From: Camelus ferus
Taxonomy: Eukaryota
Assembly: GCF_009834535.1 (NCBI RefSeq)
Contig: NC_045696.1
Location: forward strand, 104,100,001 to 104,164,000
Length of the DNA stretch: 64,000 nt
Direction: 5' to 3'
The notes beneath the pieces were generated by a model. That model saw nothing but the letters and a program-made list of their open reading frames with translations. It was not told the origin of the DNA and ran no database searches. Every line of letters starts with the position of its first letter. The stretch's first letter is position 1. The position numbers and the translations under genes were made by a program. Below, in pieces: positions 12,100 through 26,384 of this stretch.

Positions 12100-14370
12100 C
12101 GGTTCCTTCAACGCCTCCTATGTGACTTTTCCCATCCCACTTGCCTCTCCTTTCTCCTGCCAGAGGTAACCACCATCCAGAATTTTTGTTTATCATTGCC
12201 TTGCTTTTTAGGATCACTTAAACATACATGTATATGTTTGCCTAAACACATTTTGTTGAGTTTTGCAGGTTTTTGAACTTTATAGAAGCAGAATAATGCT
12301 ATATGTATGCTTCTATGATTTGTGTTTCTTACTCAAAATTAAGTTCTTGAGACTGAGCCATGTTGATCATGTGGTTCATTCATTTTCACTGATGTGAATT
12401 TCTCCACTCTTTTGTCCTTGGACACTTAGAATGTTTTCAGTGTTTTGCTATTGCAACCAGGCTGCTGTGAACATTCTTGGGCATGACTCCTAGAACATTT
12501 GAGCCAGGGTTTCTCTGGGGTATACACCTAGGGGTGGAAGTGCCAGCTTAAAGTATCTTTAACTTTATAATGCAAAATATTTTCCAAAGTGATGATACCA
12601 CGCTACACCCTCAACTGGTGTGCGTAAGAATTCCTTTGTTCTACATCCACTTGAGATTGTCTGATTTATTCATTTTTGCCTTTTTGATCGTTATAAAATG
12701 ACATTTCATGATTTTAATCTGCAGTTTCCTGATAACTACTAAGGTGAACATTATTTCACATGCTTATTGCGTATCAGGTTTTATTCTCCAGTGCAATGCT
12801 TATTATTTATGATTTTTGTCCAGGTTTTTATTGGGTTGTCTTTAACTGATTGATTCACAGTTCTTTATATATTCTGATACTATACCTTGTCAGTTATATG
12901 TGTTGTGAATATATTCTTCTAGTTTGTGAGTTAATTATCTTTTCATTCTTTATGAAGTATTTCAAGGAAAAGAAATTATCAAGTTTAGTGGGATCTAATT
13001 TATCAATCATTTCCTGTACAACGTGCACCTTTTGTGTCCTGCTTGACCTTTTCCCCTACTAGTTTATAAAGACTTTCTCTTTTATTTCCTTCTTAAAGTT
13101 GTATATGTTTGGCCTCTCACATTTAAGTCTAATCCATCTGAAATGGATTCTTTTAGTATATTAGTATGGTGTAAGGTATCCACCAACTGGGTATGAATAG
13201 CCAGTTTTGTAATTTTCATATGGATAACCTTGAACCAGCACCATGTAGAATGGTCCATTCAATGATTTGTGATGCTGGCTCAGACACAGTCAAGTCTGTC
13301 TAGGTGTGTGTCTGTTTCTGGACTCTGTCTTCGGCTCCATTGTTCTGCTTGGATATCCCTGTGCCAATACCATAAGTCTTAATTACTCTAACTTTATAAT
13401 AACAATGTCATCTTATCTTTCTTTAGAAGCATCCAGGTTATTCTGGTCCTTTGTTTTACCATGTACATTTTGTGATTACTTTAATTAGATTCTAAGAAGA
13501 ATGCTGTTGATATTAAAGTGTATGGAATCCATAGGCCTATTGGAGACAACTGCTACTGTTCTAATACTAAGTTTTCCTACTCGTAACATGTTGTATTTTT
13601 GTAATTATTTGGGACTTCTTTAATAGTTTTCCAAAAGAGTTGTATCATTTTCTCCGTATTTTCTGAGCTTCAAGTCAGAATGAGTGAGTGCAGCTAAGCA
13701 GTCCTTAGAGAAAATTTAAAAATTTAAGTCCATATATTAGAAAAGGAAAATGACTAAAAATTAATGAGGTAAGCATTTGTGTCAGTTAGGGTTGGCTAGG
13801 GCACAATTGTTTAGAAACCCAAATGCATAATGTTATTTTTCAATGTTGCTATTGTAAATGGTATTATTTAAACTTTATATTTTATTTGTTGCTGCGAAAA
13901 GCACAATGATTTCTATATATCTAGCAACACTGTTAAACAAATGTTAACTCTAATAATTTACCTATACATTCTTTTGATTTTCCATGTGGATAATCATAGT
14001 AGCTTAGTCTCTTCCTTTCTAATTGTTTCTGGCTAGGATCTTAAGCATAATGTCAAATTAAAAGTGGTAATGTCAGGCATTCTTGACTTGTTCTTGATTT
14101 CAAAGGGACTACACTTCACTTCTAAGTATACGTTTAGTGAAGATATTTCTTATCATGTTAAAGAACTCCCCTTCTATTCCTAGTTTGTGAAGAGTTTTAT
14201 CAGGAATGAATATATAATTACACTGGATGCTTTTTCTATATCTGTGATGATCATATGGTTTTTCTTCACTAATCCGCTAATATGAACATTCTTGGGCATG
14301 TTTTTTTGCAGTAATATGTGATTTAATGTTAAACTAACTTGTGTTGTTGGGATTAACCCTATTTGGTCAT
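12100..14370 (-). mobile_element. Old L1 (3' UTR into ORF2), decayed
   Basis: T-rich antisense L1 ORF2 motifs such as tgttgtgaatatattcttc and gatgctttttctatatctgtgatgatcatatggttttt. Confidence 0.8.
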
Positions 14371-14519
14371 AAGCTACAGTGGACAAAGCATGTTGCCTGC
14401 CATTTCAGGAAACCAAGTGTATAGGGAAGGCCATAATGCTATCAGCCACTGTAGCTGCCCCACTCCATGGTACACCTTGAGAGGATTCAGGATGGAGAAA
14501 AACAGGATACTGGCCTTGA

Positions 14520-15910
14520 GCTTATATAGTCAACTAATACTTGACAAGGGAGCCAAAAACACTCAATATGGAAAAGATTGTCTCTTCAATAAATTGTGGT
14601 GGGAAAACTGGATATTCACATGCAAAAAACTGAAACCCTTATTACACCATTCACAAAAATTAAGTTAAAATTGGTTAAAGACTTCAACGTATGACCTGAA
14701 ACTGTAAAACTCCTAGAAGAAAATAGGGGAAAAGCTCCTTGACATTGGTCTTGGCAATGATTTTTTGGATATGATACCAAAAGTAAAAATTGGTAAGTGG
14801 GACTACACTATACTAAATTTTTTTCTGCACAGCAAAAGAAACAATCAGCAAAATGGAACGGCAACGTATGGAATGGGAGAAAATATTTGCAAACCAACAA
14901 TCTGATAAGGGGTTAATAACCAAAGTATGTAAGGAATTCATACAACTCAATAATAAAGAATAATCTGATTAAAAATGAGCAGAGGAACTCAATTTTTCCA
15001 GAGCAGACATACAAATGGCCAACACGTATATGAAAAGATGCTCAAATCGATAATCATCAGGGACATGCAAATCAAAACCATAATGAGATATCACTTCACA
15101 CCTATTAAAATGGCTATTATCAAAAAAGGTAAGAGATAAGTCAAGAATGTGGAGAAAAGGAACCCTTGTGCATTGTGGGTAGGAATGTAAATTGGTGCAG
15201 CCACTATGGATGACAGTATGAAGACGTCTCAATAAACTAAAAATAGAAGTACCATATGAGCCTACAATCCTATTTCATGGTATATATTCAAAAGAAATGA
15301 AATCTCTACCTCAAAGAGAGATCCACATCACTGTGTTCACTGCAGCCTTATTCACAATAACAACGACATGGAAACAACCTAAGTGTCCACCAACCGAGGA
15401 ATGGATAAAGAAGTGTGGTGTACATATTTGTATGTATGTATACACTCAGCCATAGAAAAGAAAGAAGTCTTGCCTTTTGTGACATCATGCTAAGTGAAAT
15501 AAGTTAGACAGAGGAAGACAAATACTGTCTAATCTCATGGGAATCTAAAAGAGCTGAGCTCATTTAGTTGCCAGTGGCTTGGGTTGAGGGGAATTGGGGA
15601 GATCTTAGTCAAAGGGTACAAACTTCCAGTTATAAGATGAGTAAGTTCTGGGGATCTAAAGTACAGCATGGCGACTATGTTTACAATACTGTATCATTTA
15701 CTTGAAAGTTGCTGAGAGAGTAGATTTTAAATGTTCTTACCCCCCACACACAAACAGTAATTATGTGAGGGGATGGAGGTGTCAACTAACCTGACTGTGG
15801 TAGCATTTTGCAATACAGAAGTGTACTATCAAGTCATCACATTGTACACCTTAAACTCACACAATGTTATATGTCAGGTGTATCTCAATAAGGCTGTAGA
15901 GGAGAATAAA
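14520..15910 (+). mobile_element. L1 ORF2 end plus 3' UTR (L1MA-like)
   Basis: ORF track gives LYSQLILDKGAKNTQYGKDCLFNKLWWENW, typical of L1 ORF2. Its 3' UTR resembles the element at 1296-2043. Confidence 0.9.
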
Positions 15911-16069
15911 ATATTTTGGTAATAGTATGGGGAAAGTTCTGTTCTCTGAATTACATCCCCAAATGATGGAATTTTGCCTAAATAAGTTACATTTATTTTT
16001 TACTTTAAACAATGACAACACCAGAACAAAACCAAACCAAACCCTCCGTACAATTAGGATACATGCTGA

Positions 16070-16280
16070 AGTATGAGAACCACGTCCCAGTGTGACCTTG
16101 GAAGGTGACTTTTGAGAATAGCAAAGCCTCAGCTGAGTCCCTAAAGGGCTTTTAGAGCAGAACCAACCTGTTCCTCAGTCCAAGATCATTAAATGAGCAA
16201 ACAATAAATGCCTATTAGGTTGAGCCATTATGCATTTGAGTTTCTAAACAATTGTGCCCTAGCCAACCCTAACTGACACA
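16070..16280 (+). mobile_element. MLT1 LTR 3' portion
   Basis: aataaatg...gagccatta...ctagccaaccctaactgacaca, an MLT1-type 3' terminus. Confidence 0.55.
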
Positions 16281-16284
16281 AATG

Positions 16285-19200
16285 CTTACCTCATTAATTT
16301 TTAGTCATTTTCCTTTTCTAATATATGGACTTAAATTTTTAAATTTTCTCTAAGGACTGCTTAAGTTGCACTCATTTTTTCCATTTAGACTTTTTATTAT
16401 CATTCATTTCAAAATATTTTGTCTATTTGATTGAGTGGTCTTGTGGGTTTTTTAGAAGCATGTGCCTCAATTTCCAAACTCATGAAGTTCTTTATCTTCT
16501 AGTTGATTTCCAGTTTAATTGCTTTGTGGTCAGAAAAAGTCCTCCGTATGACTTCAATAATGTGAAATTTGATGAGATTGCCTGGGTCCATTTTTATCAG
16601 TATCCTTGTATGTTTGAAAAAGCATGTGTATTCTGCAGTGTTTTATGCATTCCCATTGGGTCAAGGTTGTTAATTATCTTGTTGAAATCTATATGCTTAC
16701 TATTTTTACTTACTTATTCTATCAATTTCTGAGTGAAGTTTGTCCAAAACTCCCACTATTGCTTTGGGTTTGTGTTTCTTCTTGTGGTTCTTTCCATTTT
16801 GGCTCTAAAAAGTGAGGAAATTTTATTAGATGCATGAAAAATTTAAATCATTGTATCTTTGGTGAAACAAACCTTTTATATGCAGTAACCAACTTTCTTG
16901 AATTCTAGTCATGCATTCTTGCCTGAAAGCCTGTTTTCTCTGGTAGTAATATGGTTACACTTATTTTCCTTTGGGTAGTATTTTTATCTTATCCTTTTTC
17001 ATCCTTTCACTTTCAATCTTACATGCCCTTATGGTTTAGCTATGTCTCTCACAAAGCTCTTTGTTGTCATTGTTCTTGTTGTTTTTAAATCCAGCCCGAA
17101 AATCTTTCAGCTGGAGCATTTAGCCCTTTTCCACTGAATGCAACTACTGATATACTTGGATTTAAAACTGTATTATTTCATGCTTTTGGCTCTCCTTTCT
17201 GGCCTTCTTTTTAACCTTGAAAAATATAGTTTCAAGAATAATTTCATGTTTTCCTCTTCTACTAGTATGGAAATGGTATGACTTCTGTTCTTTTATTGGT
17301 TATTCTACATTTTACAATGCATATTTAAAATTTTAATTGAAGCAAAATTGCCTTCCTCCTGGATAAAACAAAGTTCATAGAACGTTTTAACTCCATTTCT
17401 CTCCTTCCCCACTTTTATAAAATTGTAATCTGCTTCTATTTTTGACATTGAAAAAAATCCCATTGTTACTTCTTTTATATGGTTAAGCACCTTTTGCATT
17501 TGTCTGCCTAACTTACTGCTTTTTTGTTTACCGTTTTTTCCTTGCCTTTTAGGCTTTCCATCTGGTCTTACATTCCTTCTGCCTAAATCTTTCAGGATTT
17601 CCTTCGGTGAGCTTCTGCTTAGAGCAAACTCCCAGTTTTAATTTTTCTGAAATTCCTTTTTTCTATCTTCATTCCTGAAAGATTTTTACCGGGTGTAAAA
17701 TTCTGGTTGACCAATACCCTGGAAGAAATTGTTCCGCTGTCGTCTGTTATGAGTTAGTTGTCAGGCTTTGTCATTGCTTTGAAGGTTGTGTCAGAGGAAA
17801 AATTTCAGATGCTTTTATCTCAAAAATTCCTCTTTGCCTTTGATTATCTAGTTTTATGACTCTGTCTAGATACGGGCTCATTTTTATTTATTTTGTTCGG
17901 GATTATCTGGGATTTTGAATCCATGGAGTACTTACTGTTCGTCATCAGTTTTAGAAAATTCTCAGCCTTTGTAGCTTCAGATGATCTCTGACCCATTTTC
18001 TCTCTGCTTTTCAGGACGATCAGTCAAAACTGTATTAATCTTCCTGAGTGCCCTCCCTGCAGCCTACTCTCTCTTCTGTATTTTTTTCTCCTTGCTGCAT
18101 TCTGCATTTCTTCTGCTCTATCTTTCGGCTAAACAATTCCTTTTGGCTTTGTCCAGCTGCGCTTTAAATTTTATTTTTCATTTCTAAAAGTTATATTTGG
18201 TTTTCAAATCTGCTCTCCCATTTTTAAGTGTCCCATTCTAGTTATTTTCAAGTATGTCTTAAAATTTAAAAACTGTACTAATTTACATTTTACAATCTAT
18301 ATTTGGTGATTCAAAATCTGCTTTCTTTTTGGGAGAATGGGCTGTGTTTGCTTCTATCTGGAGGGCTGTGGCCAGTGGTGCATTCTCCTTGTGTGCTTAT
18401 TAGTCACTGTGCGCTGCTCACAGTCCTTGAAAAAATTACTGATGTGGTTTCACCATGACCTGGGAAGATGACTGCTTTTTCCAGAAATGAGTGGGATCTA
18501 CTTCCACATATACTTGGGATTTATATTTCTGGAACCACTTTAATTTATGACCCGAGGGCCCCTCTCCCCACCTAGCAATGCAGATTTGGGCTTTAATTCT
18601 GCTCAAAGGTCAGTACTTGATCTACAGTCTCAGGGATGAGCTCTTTTCCTCCTTCATTTTCCCTTCTCAGTTCTGCTCAGCACTGAGGAAACTTTGCCTA
18701 GTCCCATGGGAGCACAAGAAAGAATCCAAATTTACTTCTGGGGCCCCAATTTAGTGGGAAGGGTCTACTGACTCCTCAGCCTAGGTAAGGCCTGGCCATC
18801 TGCTTCTGTCTCCCTTGTCCTGAAAGACTTTCAGGATTATAGTGAGATAAGCAGACACATCTAAGTGGCTCTTAACTTTCTAGGTTCTTACCATGTCTTG
18901 GATTTGGCCTGCTCATTCCTCATTTTTATGTTAACTCTTGGAAGTTAAAATTTTTGAAATATTCTATCTAGTATTTTAACTGCACTACCTGGAAGCACTG
19001 GCTCTATAACTTAGCCCATCATGCAGGTAGCAGAAATCAAGAGTGCCATCTTGCTTTGATGTTCTTCAGGTTCACTAGGTGTATAGACTTGATTCAATCT
19101 TACGTAGGATGCACTGTGATTCAGGGAGGTATGGATTCATGTTTATCAACTCTGAGAATTTTTCCTTTCAAAATACTACCTTCTTCTTCATTCTTTTAAT

Positions 19201-20100
19201 TAATTTAATTTAATGAAGTATTAGATATTCTCATTCCATCCTCCATATCTAACATCTCTTTCATACAGTCCTTTTATCTCTCTTTGCTGTCTTCTAGGTC
19301 AGTTACTTAGATATATCTTCAAGTTTAAATCATTTCAGTTATGTCTAGTCCATTTTTGACTTACCCATTGAGTTGGCCGGTCCCTATATTTTTCATTTTT
19401 ACCACTAACTTTTAAAGTCTGTTTATTTATGTTTCTTATTGTATGTTCATTTTTGTAATTCCAGCTACTCTGCATTTTATCTCTTGACAACTGGAACATA
19501 TTAAGTCCTTGATGGTGTAAATCTGTTGTTTCCATGTCTGTTACTATTTGTAGTGGCTGGTCTTATGTGCTGGGTGGTCATCAAGTAATGCTGCGGGAGT
19601 TCTGTAGGCCTAACTTGGAAAGTTTTCCTCCAACAATTTGATTCTGCTTCTACTGGTATCCAGGGAGTACCCCTATCCTGGAAGCACCTCATCCTGCTCT
19701 GACTCCCCTCCTCTTCAGCCCCATCCCCCAGATATAATTGCTCCTGGTCATGTAAGCCACAGCACCAGCCCCTACTCTGATTAATCTAGATTTAGTTCTA
19801 ATTGTTTAGCTTTGGGCTTGGGGTGGGGTAGGGAAGGAGAAAAAGTCCTTGGGGAACCCTTTTGTTTTTTGCCAGCAATGTCTTAAAAAGTATGTTCTGA
19901 AATTAGCCGTCATGGAAGAGGCAAGTTGCTCAGAGGTCCAGTTTACTCATGATATCAAAATCATATATTTGTTTTAAAAACCTCTATTTTGTTTCTTGAG
20001 ACATATTAAGCATGATTATTTTTTGAACTCTACTTTGGTAATTCCAGTATCACCAGTCTTCATGGGTTTCATTCTATAGCTTTCACTCAAGATTTGTTCT
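16285..20100 (-). mobile_element. Old L1 body (ORF2 5' part and ORF1), decayed and fragmented
   Basis: Antisense L1 motifs such as ttttctaatatatg...tttctctaaggactgctt and gttttagaaaattctcagcc. Confidence 0.65.
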
Positions 20101-20129
20101 TTTCCTGAACTATTTTCATTCTGTATTAT

Positions 20130-20650
20130 TAGATTTTTAAATATATGTTTAAAGTGAACAAATATTAAATGTATAGCAATGATTTTCATATTGTGTACAC
20201 ACCTATTTAACCACTACCCAGATCAGTTTATAAGACATTTCCATCACCCTAGAAAGTCCCACTAGGCCCCCCTTGTTAGTCAACTCCCCATCCATACCTC
20301 CACGTAAACAGTAATGTGACTTCCATCATGTGGACTAGTTTCGCCTGTTCTTGATCCTCACATAACTGGATTACAGTATATACTATTCTGAGCCAGGCTT
20401 CTCTCACCTAACATATACTCATCCATACTATTGCATGTATCAATAATTCACTTTTGTTTTTACAATGCAGTATTTTACTGTTTGAATATAAATTGACCTT
20501 CTCTTGATGACAACCTTTAGAAATAAAGCTGCTAAGAACATTTGCCAACACATTTTCATTTTTTTACCTTTAGGCCTATCATTCATCTTTTGTGTATGGT
20601 GAAGCAATTGTTCATATTTATTCATATTTTTGTCCAGTTGCTCTACCATA
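20130..20650 (-). mobile_element. Old L1 3' end (L1ME-like)
   Basis: accactacccagatcag...acatttccatcaccctagaaagt. Confidence 0.7.
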
Positions 20651-22645
20651 CTTACCAGGGGTGTAGAGACAAAAAAACAAAACTAAAAATCAGTATATAG
20701 TTTAGGAAGATAGAGGTCAAATGACCTGGGCCACTAAAATACCTAGTTCATACAATTTTGATCAGTCTTATTAGATAATCGTGAAAGCTAAGATTCAGTA
20801 GTGGCTGAAAATGGGCTATTTATCCTTGACAATGAAAGACTCAAAGAGAAATTATGAGGTGCTTTAAGGAGTAGGGACCTGGGTCACAGAAAACAAACTA
20901 AATTTTGTTGGGCTGAATGTGATGAGCTCCTTTGAATTTGACTAGGTTTAGAATTTTGGGTCTTCCATTAATTTCAAAATGTCAAGACAGTTACTTTTTG
21001 AGTCAATTTCCTGGAATTATAAAAGAAAATGGGTTACTTCTCCCAATGGGCTATTAGAAAATTTTGATCTTTGCTTCAACGAGGAAAGCCCCTCCTTACA
21101 TCAGCCCATCAAATTTCCATCCTTGTTTTAAAGCCTGGTTAAAATACTATTTTTTCCAGGCAACCTTTCCAGGTTTTTCTAAGAGAAATAATCATCATAA
21201 CACTTAAGAACCTAGGACATCCCTGAGGCTCACAGATACTATCATGAAGGTAGCTCATCTAAGACAAACTGAATCTAATGTTTGCTAAGTCTGACTTTCT
21301 ATATCACAAGAATGCTTTGGGGGAAAAGAAAATCCAGTGCCTCTCCAGTAGTCTCAGGATGTAGTCTAAGCTCTGTATAAATCAGCTTCAAAGATTCAGT
21401 TCACGTTGTTCCAACTTACATACTGAGCTCCATTTCTCATTACTTCTCAGTGTTTCATTCTGAGCCAATCCTCGTAGATCTTTCCTTTAAATAGGGGTGT
21501 GCTTTTAAAAAAGTATCATCTAAGTGTCATCCCAAGTGCCGATGAATAACCTAGTGCAGTGAATAAACACAGGACTAAGATTTAGAACATCCAAATCAAA
21601 AACACCCAGCTGTAACTAAAACCCTTTTAATATCACATCTATCCACCCAATCTATAGGCTGTTGGGAAATCACACGAAATCACTGTGTAAACTTAGCACT
21701 CTAAATTTCAAATTACTGAATCAATTTCGTACATAAAGGCAGACAGCTGGTCTGTGCAATGCAAAGAATTAACAACGGAAATCATTTAAGTACACTTTGC
21801 TTGCTTGCCTGAGTTTTACCAGTTGTATAGATGTCACACTGGAACATTAAGAAACCATAAACTCAGATTTCTTCCTCCATCACAGCTCCTGGCTATTTGG
21901 TAACGAACACACAGACACAATTTAAACTTGGGACACTTGAGCTAAGTCATACCAACCTCAACCATTATTTTGACAGTATCTTCACTCTACCCAGTATTTT
22001 GGTCTTCATTGGGAAGAGTACTGTCGGGAGGCCAACTTCAGCTTTAAGTTGAGAAATGCAACATGACAAATTTGTCCTGGATTCCTCATGTACAAAACTG
22101 GGTGATGCTGGATGGTAGCTACAATTTGAGGAAACCTAAAAAAACCAAAATAGACAAAATATGAAGTGGGTAGGTACCTATACATAACACTTAAATCTGT
22201 CTCACTTGTATTTCAACCTACCATTTGTGGACTTGACTATTCTAACAAGTTTCCAGCTCTTCAATATTCATAGCTTTACTAAAGGTTGAAACTAAAACAA
22301 ATAGAAGCTTCTAATGTTAAACAAACACCCAGGGAGGCATCAAATAACCTAATCAGGGTCCAACTTCCGAAATATTCTTTGCAAATTAGGTATTTTGATA
22401 CATGAAATGTACTGGACTTAACAGATCAATAAACCTGTGGAAAATAGGCAAGAACAGAAATTTCTTCCTTAACTATGAGGGAGTGAGATTACTTTACTTG
22501 ACCTTTTGATTCCTCATGACATCTATTACTAGGTCTAGCAGGTAGGACCCTAAAACTTGAAAATGGTAGTACTTTTGTTCTGCACATAATCCTAAGAAAG
22601 TGTGATTATATTCTCACCATATCAAAACATTAAGATTTATTATAG

Positions 22646-22686
22646 ACAAAACCCAACACACCAGATTTTCATAAGCATATTTTAAT
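22646..22686 (-). terminator. Candidate distal polyadenylation site
   Basis: Minus-strand ATTAAA at 22681-22686, followed ~20 nt later by TCTGGTGTGTTGGGTTTTGTC. Alternative AATAAA hexamers occur at 22636-22641, 22899-22904 and 25674-25679. Confidence 0.55.
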
Positions 22687-25600
22687 TTTTGAATTTTAAC
22701 AATTCAAATAAAATTCAGCTAGTTAACATAAATACAGAGTAAATGCACATAATTTACAGCCACATACAGAAATGCAAGAATAGCAGACTTCACATAAATG
22801 GTCAAAGGCTATCAACTCTTTGAAGTTGATTATTTAGCTATGACTGATAGGTCATAATTTAATTGTTCACATATGCAGGGGTGTACACATTCAAAATGTT
22901 TATTAACACAAAAACTGAGTAAAACTAGAAACTTCAGTTTCTAAAAGTAGCATAAAAAGCAGAGTATAGATTGAGAAATATAAGGGCACTGGAGAAGAGA
23001 TTTGTGTAGGCAGAAAGTATATTGTATTAAATACTTTTATATAGTTGAAGTTCTTTCCAATTTAAATCATTCAGAAGTATCTGATTTAGGAATGTTAAAG
23101 TCATGATCAATACTACAGGAGAAAAAGGCTGAACCATTATACATATCAGCCCAAAAGGGGTCCCTACAGTACTAAGTCTGGGCAGAAGAGCATGTAAACA
23201 ACAAAAGGTGGCACGAACAACGCTGGAAGAGTGGAGGATAAACTAATTCCTAGCACGTAAGTCTTTCAAGATCGGTATTTTTAGTGATTTAAAACAAATC
23301 TAAAAATGCTGACACGTTTATATTCTAGTAATAAAGAGTAAACATTTTTAGCAACCCAAACTCTGCTGGTCCTAATAATGCTTTTCCACCAAGGGCGTTA
23401 GGTATTAAGGAGACAAAAGGCTGTATTAAATAATCTAGTTAACATTCTCGCGGTTCCAGAGTTACAAATCAATTACTCATGGGTCCTATCTAGTAAGGTT
23501 GATTCCACAAAGTTATATACATAATGAAAACCAAGACAAAAGCTTTGGTGATAGTTTTTTTCCTGGATTTAAAAGCACTGAATGGTACCCGACAATCAAT
23601 CAAAGGTTGGTCATTCTCAGATTTGAGACTCTTGAAATTTAATAAACTGTTTCTGTGAGCTATAGGTATCAAAGTTCTTGTCGGCTCCTCTATGAGGGTA
23701 TGTTCTTCCAGTACGTACTGCTGTAGCCTGAATGAGTTCAATTCAATTTTCTGGGAAGATTCTCTAACAAAAGTACATACCAGTTTGAAGAGTGCTGACT
23801 ACATCTACACCATAAAATAAAAAGTTATCCAATAGAAATTAGATGAAAATAAGTTTTTTAAAAAAAGCCCAATGCTTTAAATGTATTCTTCTTTTTAAAC
23901 GTTTGCATCAATTAAAAAAAAATTCCCCCAAAAATGTTTCCGAGACAAACTTTATATACAACTTTTATATAAAGTTGTCTTTTAAAATTATCTCTGTCAC
24001 ACATAAACTATGGCAGATTCTACTTTGGGGGAAAAACAATTGAAATAAACTTCATTGCTCCTTTCCAGTTGTCACACAAAGAAACAAAGGCTAACACTCA
24101 AGATCTTCTCCTTTCAGCACACACATATGCTCAATGCTAAAAGCTCGATATAATGCACTAAAAGGTTAATACGAATACAAACAGGAATAGAATATGTGTT
24201 CATCCTTGAAGGACACTTGTTATGAATTTGCTACAACTAAATAAGATGTTCCTTAGCTGCTGGTCTTCATGTCATTCTTAATCATTTGTGGGGTACTGAG
24301 ATCACGAAGATTAGAGTCCTGTCCTACATTCAGTACACTAATGGTTACAGATCTTCACAAGGCAAATGGCACTGTATTAGGCAGTGTAAGTGGCACCTGA
24401 AAATGAAAACAGACTAGATTGATACTTTCTCTACAGATTTAAGTTAGAAACCCCTGTAACTGTTTTCTTTTTTGGCATGTTCCTCACAATAAATGTCAAA
24501 ACTGAAATTCACCATAAAAGGTATGAATAATCCCAAAGGTGATGAAACTGAATTTGCCTTTGGTCTCCAAATAGATTGGAATATTTTAAATTCCAATCAA
24601 AGCACCTCAAAAACATCCAGTTACTGTTGGTTACAAGGAAGTTAAGAAGGTGGAGGAATTTAAGAGGGCACTGTGTTTCATTGGTGACAGCAGAGAAAGC
24701 TTGCAATGACATGCTACAATCTTCTGTTAGGGGCACTACAGTGTACACAGAATACTTCTAACATTTATATTAAAGATCTCCAAAACAACATACCTAAACC
24801 CTGGGAAAATGTTATGAACACTGTTTCTGCCTAATACATAACCAATGTTTTAAAAAAATAATTTTAACATGGGAATTCTCTCCTACGCTCACCATCCCCC
24901 CTAAAAAAAGGCCACAAAGTGCATTCACAAAAAGTCATTCCTAAGATAAAGCCATTGCACAAAATGAACAGTTCATATATACTGAAATGAGTACCACACT
25001 GGAGTTTAATTGTGTAAGTTTCATACACCAGTACAGCAACATCCAAAGCAAAAGTCTTTTAATAGAATTACAGCAAGTATCTTCATAAGGGCCATATATA
25101 TATAATACATTTAAAGTATTAAAAGGTGCAGTTGAATGCAATAGCAAAATGTAAAAGCTCTATCCTGTTAACAAACTTAACCTGAATTAACCTGAATCTT
25201 TCTATGATTTATCACTCAAGAAATTAGGATGGAATAAATTTCTTGTCAAAAGCATTTTGTTCACTTACAAAACTGTAAGTCAATTAGGATCCCTACCTGC
25301 TCAATCAGACAGCAGAGGGCCCCTCTTCCATAATGTTTATGCCGCCTCAGATATTTACAATGTCATCTTAAAAAAAAAAAAACCCACCTTGTAAAGGGCA
25401 GAGCTGAAAATTACCATTTTCTCTACTAAATAAATCCAATATATGCAGAAGTTCTGGAAATAATTCAAAAGTTCAAACTCTTAAGATAAACCAAATAGAG
25501 AAAGATTCAGAAGAGGTAAATTTTTTTCACTTTAAGAAAACGATACCTAGGGATGATAGGTAATCATTCAAGTTCATAAATAATACATTACTAAAAAGAC

Positions 25601-26384
25601 ATTCGTCCATGTTAGAAAAGATAAGAGGACATGTTTAAGTTACTGAAGTGGCCAAAAATCAACATTTTATCAGTTTATTTTGTCCCGAACTATCACCATT
25701 TGAGTCAATACGTTAATAAACAACTTAAGTGTTCACATTATGCTAAACATAAAGCACCTGTGAGTGGAAACCAAAACATTTTAAAGCTGAAAATATACAT
25801 GGTATTTAGACATTATTTCATGAGTTGTCAAAAACTGACTACTAATGCCAAATACTTAACTTCAAAGTATTGTGCCAGATCCTCTGAAGGAAATGTAAAA
25901 ATAATACTGCAGATCTCACTATTGTTATTTATCAATTTTATAGGAATTATGCAGAAGCCAGAAGTTAGAAATTTATGTCTGTCAATACCATCTTTGGATA
26001 GTTACTGTATGGTATGTAATTAGGGATGGCTTTGTCTTAAAGACTGGAAAAGTGCTCATGGAATAAACACTATACTCTGATTGCCATAAATCAACAAAAT
26101 GCAACTGTGTCCCAAGGACATGGTAGAGAAAATGGCAATTTTGAGGAAGGAGTGCATCTAAAGGCTTTTTCTTGGAGGCAGCCAAGGTTTTTTTTCCCCC
26201 CACATTACTAAAGAGACTAAGTAATGTGGTTATTATTTCTTTTATTTCTACAACCAAACTTCCACGTAGGCATAGTTCCATGTTCCCAAACTATTTTTCT
26301 TCTGTCCACCATGCTGGCTTCGGTACTCCATGGTCCACTGTATCTTTTGGTCTTCCCTCTTTATAGTACAGCAGCCTGGTGGTG
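22665..26384 (-). other. SLC25A36: SLC25A36 3' UTR (~3.7 kb)
   Basis: AT-rich stretch after the stop codon with no recognisable repeats. It ends near an ATTAAA followed by a GU-rich element. The 3' end is inferred. Confidence 0.65.

Noticed and set aside
14363..15232. Active L1 ORF2
   Set aside because: 5'-truncated, with stops and frameshifts. Only fragments remain open.
1..21000. Exons of a neighbouring gene (SPSB4 is, from memory, next in human synteny)
   Set aside because: No SPRY or SOCS-box coding sequence and no second large CpG island is visible.
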